The position numbers were made by a program, and so were the translations under genes. 64,000 nucleotides of DNA from an uncultured Gammaproteobacteria bacterium. Its GTDB lineage: Bacteria; Pseudomonadota; Gammaproteobacteria; Pseudomonadales; Pseudohongiellaceae. Of this stretch, positions 32,133-40,318 are shown piece by piece. Numbering within the stretch: the first letter of the stretch is position 1; every line of letters begins with the position of its first letter. The stretch covers positions 1,536 to 65,535 of the forward strand of contig CAJXVC010000013.1 of assembly GCA_913060975.1 (NCBI GenBank), in the 5' to 3' direction. The notes under the pieces are model-generated. The model saw nothing but the letters and a program-made list of their open reading frames with translations, had not been told where the DNA came from and made no database searches.

Positions 32133-32163
32133 AAAAAAGGCACCTCAAAGAGGTGCCTTTTTT
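32133..32163. terminator. Bidirectional terminator (duplicated at 36150-36177)
   Basis: AAAAAAGGCACCTC-AAA-GAGGTGCCTTTTTT. Confidence 0.8.
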
Positions 32164-32221
32164 GGTTCAGCCCTAAGCGATATCCGCTGGGAGGACCGTT
32201 TTAGCAATCGCCGAAACCCGA

Positions 32222-32728
32222 TTACTCCGGCTTACGAAACTTCAACACAAAGCGATCCGTATTGCCCTGCACACCACTGGTACCCACTTCCTGCGTCAGG
32301 TCGTCTTCAGGGTGGTAATGCATATCACTGAAATCCACAAACTCAAAGCCAACGGCTTCCATTTCCTTGATGACCAATACCGGATCAAGTCGTCGTCCGG
32401 TGGCTCGTGTTGTTGGCTGGTTGTGGCGTCGCGTGTGATCAACCGCGCCGTAGATGCCGCCAGGCTTTAGCGCGTCGAAGATAGCGACGCTCATATTCTC
32501 GCGGTCTTCAGCCGATGGGTTGTGGAGATTCCAGAAGGTGAGCACCAAGTCGAAATCGCTGTCATCGAATTCAAACTCGGGGATATTGCCGAGATTGACC
32601 GCATCGTTGATTGCCGATGTGCAATCCATGCCATCCATCGTCATGACATTGCTTTTGAAGCTGTCGCTTACCCCCACAGAAAAAACCAGTTCCCCACCAC
32701 TGCTACACAGCACCGGCGCAAGAAACTT
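32222..32728 (-). pseudogene. 5'-truncated copy of the methyltransferase at 36239-36976
   Basis: 507 bp nearly identical to 36239-36745 (about 12 differences counted by eye); lacks the signal peptide and N-terminal SAM-binding motif. Confidence 0.88.
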
Positions 32729-32739
32729 AATCAGAGGGT

Positions 32740-32844
32740 GGGGACACCAATAAAATAGTAAGACAGCGCCAAGCATTGTAGTAAAGCCAACATCATGGAG
32801 TTTGTGGAGATGGAAGGTTAATTTACTATTTTATTGGTGTCCCC
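32740..32844. repeat. 22-bp perfect inverted repeat element (MITE/REP-like)
   Basis: GGGGACACCAATAAAATAGTAA at 32740-32761 and its reverse complement at 32823-32844. Confidence 0.8.
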
Positions 32845-32882
32845 TTTTCTCATTTTGATCGCTCTTGATCGGGCTTGACCGC

Positions 32883-34856
32883 TCAGATTTCACCATTCGC
32901 CTGTTGGACGTCAATTGCCGTCTGAGGTTCCATACTCCGACAAAGCAAAACACCCACCACCGCAGCTACACCACCACTAGCTAGTAGCACCACCTGCGAG
33001 ACATCCAAACCAATAACATCAAGGCTTGGCATAGCGATCAGACCGCCTCCGATTACCATGAGCACTCGGCCGAGAATGGCGACGGCGCCGGTGGCAGCCA
33101 ACATGCCCACGCCCACCAGATAGTGTTGCAACGCCGATGCAATTAACACGATGCCTGCCGCCACCTTGGCAGTGAAAAACAGCGTTTGTGTCCAACTGCC
33201 GCCCATCACCAGTGCTGGTTCCAGCACGAAGAAAAACGGGATGAAGTAAATGATGCTGCCCAGGCGCATGGCCTTGAAGCCGGTGGTCAGCGCTGACGCG
33301 CCGGCGATGCTGGCAGCGGCGAAGGCACCGAGGGCTACCGGAGGCGTGATGAAGGACAGCATGCCCCAGTAGAGAATGAACAGATGCACACTCATGGGAT
33401 CCAGTCCGCCTTGTATCAGCGCCGGTGCCAGTATGATGGCGAGGAATACATAGGCTGCGGTGACTGTCATACCGATGCCCAACAGAAAACTGCTGAACGC
33501 GCCCATTATTAACAACAGTAATGTGGAGTCGCCGGCCAGGTACAACAGATCATTCACCAAGGTGCCGGATAAGCCGGTGACAGATAGCGCGCCGACAATG
33601 AGCCCTACTCCGGCCATGATGGTTAACAGCTCCATTAACAATTTGCCGGTGGCGACCAGGAATGCACCTAGCTCTTTCAGGTTCCAGCGGTGGTCGGTAG
33701 AGAACTGGTTCAGCACCAACAGCAGGCCAGTGGCAATAAAAGGTGCGATGGCCTCTCGTTGCAGATACACCAACAAGAAGATCAGCACAGCGAATGCGAC
33801 CAGATAAAACCAGCCCTGCTTCATGGTCCCTGCCAGGCTCGGCAGTTCTTCGCGAGGCGTGCCTTTTAAGCCCTTGCGCGCGGCGTAAGCATCAACCTGA
33901 ACAAACAGTCCAAAAAAGTACAGCAGTGCGGGGATGGCTGCAGCCAGTGCCACGGTGGTGTAAGGCACATTAAGAAACGTCGCCATAACAAAGGCGGTGG
34001 AGCCCATGATCGGCGGCAGTAACACCCCACCGGTTGACGCGCAGGCTTCGATACCGGCGGCGTATTCTTTCTCGAGGCCGTTCTTGCGCATGGCCGGAAT
34101 GGTCATCTGGCCCGTGGTGAGCACGTTGGTAATCACACTACCGCTCATGGAACCCATCAGGCCGCTGGACACTATCGCTACTTTGGCCGAGCCGCCGCGC
34201 ACATGGCCGAACATGGCGAAGGCCAGATTAATAAAAAAGCGCCCGCCGCCGGTTTGTTGCAGTGCGATGCCGAAAATGAGAAAGCCGATGACCAGTTGCG
34301 CGAAGGCGCGGAACGGCAGTCCCAACACACTCTCGATGCTCATTACGTGATAGGCCGCAGTCTCGCCTGGCGAAGATGCCATGCCGGAGATGGGCCCGGG
34401 CAGGCTTTCGGCAAACATGGGATAGAGCGAGAACACCAGTACGAGACAGAACAATACCCAACCGCCGGTGCGGCGCACTGCTTCCATGATGAGTATCCAC
34501 AACACATAGCTTACCCACACTGCATAGGTAGGTGCGGCGAACTCCCAGCCGAAATCCAGCATGGTCTCGGCATTGATAAAGAAGAATAAGCAGGCACCGA
34601 ATACGGCCAGACTGAGCACCGCGTCGAACCAGATGCTCTTCGGGTTTTTGAAGGTGGGGTTAAGCAAAAAGCATAGCGGCAGGAGTAAACCGATCAGAGC
34701 ATAGTAGTAATGGTTTTGAACGGTGATGACGAAATCCAGCAGCGGGGTGCCGCCGAACAGTCGCAGGGCATCCATCGCCAGAAAGGCACTGCCGACTGCG
34801 GCAGTGCCTGTGAGCCAACGTAGCGGCGTTGGCAGTTCACCCTGAATATATGCCAC
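32883..34856 (-). CDS. TRAP transporter fused permease (4TM/12TM, TAXI type)
   Basis: GGSAKVAIVSS, EACASTGG..LPPIMG and ITPPVAL motifs; many TM segments. Confidence 0.92.
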   Translation of the reverse strand: MAYIQGELPTPLRWLTGTAAVGSAFLAMDALRLFGGTPLLDFVITVQNHYYYALIGLLLPLCFLLNPTFKNPKSIWFDAVLSLAVFGACLFFFINAETMLDFGWEFAAPTYAVWVSYVLWILIMEAVRRTGGWVLFCLVLVFSLYPMFAESLPGPISGMASSPGETAAYHVMSIESVLGLPFRAFAQLVIGFLIFGIALQQTGGGRFFINLAFAMFGHVRGGSAKVAIVSSGLMGSMSGSVITNVLTTGQMTIPAMRKNGLEKEYAAGIEACASTGGVLLPPIMGSTAFVMATFLNVPYTTVALAAAIPALLYFFGLFVQVDAYAARKGLKGTPREELPSLAGTMKQGWFYLVAFAVLIFLLVYLQREAIAPFIATGLLLVLNQFSTDHRWNLKELGAFLVATGKLLMELLTIMAGVGLIVGALSVTGLSGTLVNDLLYLAGDSTLLLLIMGAFSSFLLGIGMTVTAAYVFLAIILAPALIQGGLDPMSVHLFILYWGMLSFITPPVALGAFAAASIAGASALTTGFKAMRLGSIIYFIPFFFVLEPALVMGGSWTQTLFFTAKVAAGIVLIASALQHYLVGVGMLAATGAVAILGRVLMVIGGGLIAMPSLDVIGLDVSQVVLLASGGVAAVVGVLLCRSMEPQTAIDVQQANGEI

Positions 34857-36046
34857 TAGCGCCAGACCGGATCGAAGCCGGCTGCTTCCAGTCGCTGGCC
34901 GCGGAGTCGCTGCCAGGCGGCGGCGAATTCTTCCCGGCCGCTAACATTCTGGTCGGCCATTTCGGCCCAGGCCTCGGCCAGTACTTGCTGGCGTTGAATT
35001 AGTCGCTGGTTATGGGCCTCGAACTCGTTGGTCCATATGCCCACCTCGCGCCAGTAGGCCACGGCTCCTTCGTGATACGGTACGACCCAATCAAATACCT
35101 GCAGCTCCACTGCCCAGCCGATGGCGCCGGGATCGGAGTCTTTGAAGTCGTCATAGTTCTCGTTGATTACCCGGGTGACCGAATACACCAGATCTCTGTC
35201 TTGCGAAGCCAGTGCGGTTAGTAAAGGATAGGGATAGGTGCCGGCCTCATGGGGATTACTATCGCTGATGCCAGCCCCTCGGGTCGCAGTATGTTTGGTG
35301 AAGTACGGTCCTATAGCCTGCAGGCGCTGCCAGCATTCGGCGTCGTCATGAGGTGCAGGCAACCAGTTCACGCCACGCGGGGAAGCTTCAAGCCGAAACG
35401 GGGGCCCCGACACTGTAGTGCCAAATGCCACATCAACATCGCCGTTGATTAGCCCATTCCACGCGGCGTCGTAGCCAGGGAAATCCACGCGCTCCACATC
35501 GTCCCAGGTTAGTCCACCACAGGCCAGATAGGCTTCCATGGAAATGTTCAGTGCCGGTGCAGCCCGCACATAAGGCACGCGGTGCCCGCGCAGGTCGGCG
35601 AAACTGGTCGCGCCAATATCGGCGGCCGCGGCCACGGCCTGATTACTCAAGCCATTGGAACTCATCAACAGCCGCAATGGCTGAGGGCCCCATTCTTCGT
35701 TGGCAAATTGAAACATGCCTTCCTGGGCCAGATAGGTGGCCACACCATTGGCTGTGAACTCTACGCGGCCAGTTTTGAGGGGCAACAGGCGGGAGACATC
35801 GTTTTGCCCGGGTATCACCCGCAGCGTAACGTTGTAGCGCTCGCGCAACATGGCGCCGATGGCTACAGCCTGATTGTAACCGGTGGTGCCCAGATTATAG
35901 GCCGTCCACGCCATCTGCCGCGGCAGCTGTGGCTCGGCGGGTTGCGCCGTGGCGATGCCGGCAAGGCTGCCTGCGGCGAGCAATGTGCTGAGATGAATTG
36001 TAGTGATTTTCGAAAAAATGAACGATTTCAGGTGCTTTAAAAACAC
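34856..36046 (-). CDS. TAXI-family TRAP solute-binding protein
   Basis: Signal peptide, VPYHEGAVAYWRE C-terminal TAXI motif, coupled to the fused permease. Confidence 0.85.
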   Translation of the reverse strand: MFLKHLKSFIFSKITTIHLSTLLAAGSLAGIATAQPAEPQLPRQMAWTAYNLGTTGYNQAVAIGAMLRERYNVTLRVIPGQNDVSRLLPLKTGRVEFTANGVATYLAQEGMFQFANEEWGPQPLRLLMSSNGLSNQAVAAAADIGATSFADLRGHRVPYVRAAPALNISMEAYLACGGLTWDDVERVDFPGYDAAWNGLINGDVDVAFGTTVSGPPFRLEASPRGVNWLPAPHDDAECWQRLQAIGPYFTKHTATRGAGISDSNPHEAGTYPYPLLTALASQDRDLVYSVTRVINENYDDFKDSDPGAIGWAVELQVFDWVVPYHEGAVAYWREVGIWTNEFEAHNQRLIQRQQVLAEAWAEMADQNVSGREEFAAAWQRLRGQRLEAAGFDPVWR

Positions 36047-36238
36047 TCTTATTCTCCTGAAAGGATTTGGACACTGCGGGGAAAAATAATAACAGGAAAG
36101 CCGTGGGGCTTCCCACGCCTTTTCATTTTCATTGCTATCTGGATCAGTTAAAAAGGCACCTCAATGAAGTGCCTTTTCTAATTTATTTAGCCCCACCCCG
36201 GATTCACTGAGAGGTCAACTTCTACTACCGGAAATCCG

Positions 36239-36976
36239 TTATTCCGGCTTGCGAAACTTCAACACAAAGCGATCCGTATTGCCCTGCACACCACTGGTAC
36301 CCACTTCCTGCGTCAGGTCGTCTTCAGGGTGGTAATGCATATCACTGAAATCCACAAACTCAAAGCCAACGGCTTCCATTTCCTTGATGACCAATACCGG
36401 ATCAAGTCGTCGTCCGGTGGCTCGTGTTGTTGGCTGGTTGTGGCGTCGCGTGTGATCAACCGCGCCGTAGATGCCGCCAGGCTTTAGCGCGTCGAAGATA
36501 GCGACGCTCATATTCTCGCGGTCTTCAGCCGATGGGTTGTGGAGATTCCAGAAGGTGAGCACTAAGTCGAAATCGCTGTCATCGAATTCAAACTCGGGGA
36601 TACTGCCCAGATTGACCGCATCATTGATTGCCGATGTGCAATCCATGCCATCCATTGTCATGACATTGCTTTTAAAGCTGTCACTGACACCCACAGAAAA
36701 AACCAGTTCCCCACCACTGCTACACAGCACAGGCGCAAGAAACTTGGACCAGTAGCCTGTGGCTGGAGAAATTTCCAGTACTTTCATATCGTCTTCAAGG
36801 CCAAAGAATTCGAGCACTTCGGCTGGCTTGCGATTGGCGTCGCGGGCAATTTCAGCCGCCTCGCGATTGCTGTTACTCAGGCTCTGTTCGATCTTCATTC
36901 GTGTTGCGCTAGCATCTGCTGCCCAAAGCTGGGTGCTGATTAACAATGTAGCTCCGGCTACAACCAGATTTTTCAT
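36239..36976 (-). CDS. Secreted class I SAM-dependent methyltransferase-like protein (COG4798-like)
   Basis: Signal peptide; RD..RKPAEVLEFFG, VLEISPATGYW, ALKPGG..G.VDH and TDRFVLKFRKP motifs. Confidence 0.8.
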   Translation of the reverse strand: MKNLVVAGATLLISTQLWAADASATRMKIEQSLSNSNREAAEIARDANRKPAEVLEFFGLEDDMKVLEISPATGYWSKFLAPVLCSSGGELVFSVGVSDSFKSNVMTMDGMDCTSAINDAVNLGSIPEFEFDDSDFDLVLTFWNLHNPSAEDRENMSVAIFDALKPGGIYGAVDHTRRHNQPTTRATGRRLDPVLVIKEMEAVGFEFVDFSDMHYHPEDDLTQEVGTSGVQGNTDRFVLKFRKPE

Positions 36977-37043
36977 GCGATGTTCTCCAATTAAAGATTG
37001 TTAGTTCGGTTATTTTCTTAACGCTGTGCTTAAAAAAGGATTC

Positions 37044-38015
37044 TTAAAAGTTACGTCGATGCCACTCGATTAGACCTCTTCCGATGGCTTGCGGATTGTC
37101 TTCCTGAATATAATGACCACCATAGCCCACGAAATCGATTTCCACATTTGCATAGTTGTCACGCATCCATTCGGCGGCTGCCGGGCCGCCTAACGCGCCG
37201 GGAGCGGCGTACTGTACCAGTTTTGGCTGCGGTGACTGGCTTAGCCACTGGCCGATGTTTTCAATCACCGTGACATTGCGCGCAGGCTCTCCTGCTATCG
37301 GTAGTTCGTTGGGCCAGACATAAATCGGAAAACGCGATTCCGGGTCAGTGAAAGGCTCGCGATAGACATTCTTTTCAGCATCACTCATGGTGCGCGTTCG
37401 CGTGCCACCGAGCAAGATATTCTCGACAAATTGATTCTGGTTGATCAACAGCTCTCTGCCGTTGTCAGGGTTGCGAAAGTTGGCAAAAAAGCCAGACTCT
37501 TCCATAGGAAATGTGGGAGGAATAAGCGCCTCCATCATCGCTACGCCTTTGACGTTATCAGGGTTTTCCATCGCATAATTCAAACCAAGCACAGATCCCC
37601 AGTCGTGAATGACCAGAATAATGTCTTCGAGGTTTTGCGCTTCGATAAACTTTTCAATGTAGTCGTAATGAGTCTGAAACGTGTAATCCAGATCCCGCGG
37701 CTGATCGGACTGGCCAAAGCCAATATTGTCCACGGCCACAATGCGATGATGGGGCTCTACATAGCGCATCACATTGCGCCATAGATAGGATGAGGTGGGG
37801 TTGCCGTGCAGAAACAAGAAGGTATCGCCTTCGGGATTGCCTTGATCGATGTAGTGCAGTGTGTGGCCGTTGATTTCGACAAATCGCGAGGTATAGGGAA
37901 ACTCTGCTGAAAATACGCCCGCTCGCGGATCAGCATCCTGTTGTGCCACGGCCGCTTGGCTAACAATAAATACCGAGCTCGCCAGAAGGATCTGAATCAG
38001 TGTTGTTCTAGCCAT
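37044..38015 (-). CDS. Haloalkane dehalogenase (HLD-II-like) with signal peptide
   Basis: HGNPTSSYLWRN, nucleophile HDWG, acid ME, base GHYIQED; AxA signal peptide from ATG 38015. Confidence 0.88.
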   Translation of the reverse strand: MARTTLIQILLASSVFIVSQAAVAQQDADPRAGVFSAEFPYTSRFVEINGHTLHYIDQGNPEGDTFLFLHGNPTSSYLWRNVMRYVEPHHRIVAVDNIGFGQSDQPRDLDYTFQTHYDYIEKFIEAQNLEDIILVIHDWGSVLGLNYAMENPDNVKGVAMMEALIPPTFPMEESGFFANFRNPDNGRELLINQNQFVENILLGGTRTRTMSDAEKNVYREPFTDPESRFPIYVWPNELPIAGEPARNVTVIENIGQWLSQSPQPKLVQYAAPGALGGPAAAEWMRDNYANVEIDFVGYGGHYIQEDNPQAIGRGLIEWHRRNF

Positions 38016-38136
38016 GCGTTTGCTCCATGCGCTGCTTTCGGGGATCGCAATAATCAAAATGGTCTGCCTGTTACCGACACTATCAAAAGCAGACTACTAC
38101 CAGACAGGATGATTGCTGCTTTTTGTTCAGGCTTTT

Positions 38137-38206
38137 TATTCAAACCTGCTTATCTGAATCTACTTATTGCAACCTACTTATTTAAACCTGCTTCTTTCAA
38201 CGAGCT
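38137..38206. repeat. Five degenerate 14-bp tandem repeats
   Basis: TATTCAAACCTGCT, TATCTGAATCTACT, TATTGCAACCTACT, TATTTAAACCTGCT, TCTTTCAACGAGCT. Confidence 0.7.
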
Positions 38207-38433
38207 TTTTCTTACCATTTGGTCATATCACGTGGCACAAATAGCGCGGTAAATAGCTACCCCGGAAAGTCTGTTTCTTGGTCGCGAAATAGTATCTCGC
38301 AAAATATGGCACAGTCCCATGAATACCCAGCATTTTTAAGCTAGTGACCCTCGCCTGCGTGATAGTCGGATTGTCCTAGCGCATGGCCGTGGTCAATGCT
38401 AACTTCTTTGCGTAACACAGCCCCTCAGGAGGA

Positions 38434-40155
38434 GTGATGAAAACAACAATAATCCGCAGCACCTTCACTGTATTACTGCCTTTGCTGACCCTCGCGGCGA
38501 TGCCCTTTCAAGCTCAAGCACAGGTCAACAACTACACTTCCGTTACCGATGCCCGCCTGAACAATCCCGAGCCGGAGAACTGGCTCAGTTATCGCGGCAA
38601 TCTGGAAGGCTGGGGCTACAGTAGTCTGGATGAAATCAATGCCGACAATGTGAGCGAGCTGCAACCGGTATGGACCTATTCCACGGGCGTGGTTGGCGGC
38701 CATGAGTCGCCGCCGATTGTGAATAACGGCGTGATGTTTATCACCACGCCTGCCAACGAGCTATTGGCAATCGATGCGGCCAGTGGTGATGCGCTATGGA
38801 GCTATCGCCATAACCTGCCGGACAATCTCGTGGCCTTTCATCGCACCAATCGCGGCGTCGCGCTCTATGGTGACAGAGTCTTTATGGCGACGCTGGACGC
38901 GCGTGTTGTCGCGCTCGATGCCAGCACCGGCGAGAAGCTTTGGGATGTCTCTGTGCAGGACAATGCCTGGGGCTATTACATCACCATGGCGCCGCTGGCT
39001 GTTGAAGGCAAGGTGATGGTGGGCGCCTCTGGCGGCGAGCTGGGTATACGCGGCTTTGTCGTAGCGCTGGATACCGAGACCGGCGTGGAAGCCTGGCGCA
39101 CGTATACCGTGCCAGCACCGGGCGAGCCCGGCAACGATAGTTGGCCCGGCGAGTCCTGGCGCACTGGTGGTGCCGCTGTGTGGGTGCCGGGGCATTACGA
39201 TGCTGAACGCCGGCTGACCTATTGGGGCACTGGCAATCCCGGCCCGTGGGTTGGCGACCAACGCCCTGGCGATAATCTCTATACCAATTCGGTGCTCGCG
39301 CTCGATATCGATACCGGTGCCATTGCCAGCCATCATCAATATCACTGGAACGGCTCCTGGGACTGGGATGAGGTCTCGACGCCGATTCTCATGCCGGTAG
39401 AGCGCGACGGGCGGCAGATTGACGGCCTCGTGCACGCTGGCCGCAATGGCTATTTGTGGTTGCTGGAACGCGACGGGCGCGACATTAATTTCGTCGATGC
39501 CCAGCCTTATGTTTTTCAGGATGTCTTTACGGCTATCGACCCGGTGAGTGGCAGACCAACCTACAATCCAGAGCGTAAACCCACCACGGGCAGCACGACT
39601 TCTTTCTGCCCCTCATTATGGGGTGGCAAGGACTGGCCGCCGGCCGCTTACAACCCCGGTACTGGCCTGGTTTATATCCCTGCCAATGAAAACACCTGCG
39701 GCACTCTTGAGGGCCGAGAAGTCACCTACATGCCCGGCAGCGCCTACATAGGTGCCAGGTCTACCATGGAGCTTCTGCCCGGATCAGATCACATCGGCGA
39801 GATTCAAGCCTGGGATATTAATACCGGCGAGCGAGTCTGGACCCGTGAGTTCGCAACCAGCAACTGGGGCGGTATTTTGACCACGGCGGGCGATCTTGTT
39901 TTTAGTGGCGGCACCAGTGATCGCTTTTTCCGTGCGCACGATGCCAATACTGGTGAGGAGTTGTGGCGCTTTCGCACCAACTCAGGCGTGATCGGTGTGC
40001 CATCCACTTTTTCGGTTGACGGCAAACAGTATATCGCCGTGCAATCCGGCTGGGGTGTGGATGCAGCGTCAATGACGGCGCGTATCGATATGCAACGAGG
40101 CACGCGCACACCGGTGCCACAAGGCGGGGTTGTCTGGGTGTTTGCCGTGCCATAA
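38434..40155 (+). CDS. PQQ-dependent alcohol dehydrogenase (type I, methanol/ethanol family)
   Basis: Signal peptide, beta-propeller W-motifs, NRGVA, SGGELG, GNPGPW, WDWD and GKQYIAVQSGWG. Confidence 0.9.
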   Translation: MMKTTIIRSTFTVLLPLLTLAAMPFQAQAQVNNYTSVTDARLNNPEPENWLSYRGNLEGWGYSSLDEINADNVSELQPVWTYSTGVVGGHESPPIVNNGVMFITTPANELLAIDAASGDALWSYRHNLPDNLVAFHRTNRGVALYGDRVFMATLDARVVALDASTGEKLWDVSVQDNAWGYYITMAPLAVEGKVMVGASGGELGIRGFVVALDTETGVEAWRTYTVPAPGEPGNDSWPGESWRTGGAAVWVPGHYDAERRLTYWGTGNPGPWVGDQRPGDNLYTNSVLALDIDTGAIASHHQYHWNGSWDWDEVSTPILMPVERDGRQIDGLVHAGRNGYLWLLERDGRDINFVDAQPYVFQDVFTAIDPVSGRPTYNPERKPTTGSTTSFCPSLWGGKDWPPAAYNPGTGLVYIPANENTCGTLEGREVTYMPGSAYIGARSTMELLPGSDHIGEIQAWDINTGERVWTREFATSNWGGILTTAGDLVFSGGTSDRFFRAHDANTGEELWRFRTNSGVIGVPSTFSVDGKQYIAVQSGWGVDAASMTARIDMQRGTRTPVPQGGVVWVFAVP

Positions 40156-40209
40156 AGAGCACTGAGGTAACAGCTATCTACTACCAGCTACACGCTAGAA
40201 CAATACAAT

Positions 40210-40245
40210 AAAAAAGGGTCGCCCCATTACAGGGTGACCCTTTTT
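40210..40245. terminator. Bidirectional terminator between the PQQ genes
   Basis: AAAAAAGGGTC...GACCCTTTTT. Confidence 0.75.
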
Positions 40246-40318
40246 CGTTTTCGCTATTTGCTTTATTCGCGTGCGTTAATGGCCTCTTTATACAGAAGCC
40301 ATTAACTCAGCGGTGTGC

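Larger units (their letters stand above)
27036..32140. mobile_element. AT-rich genomic island at the tmRNA 3' end, with no integrase
   Basis: Degenerate direct repeat of the tmRNA 3' end (27036-27071 vs 32105-32140), abrupt visible drop in GC, restriction-type cargo. Confidence 0.8.

Noticed and set aside
32222..32776. 184-aa ORF as an intact gene
   Set aside because: The first ~16 residues come from the inverted-repeat element and the rest is a truncated duplicate lacking the N-terminus.
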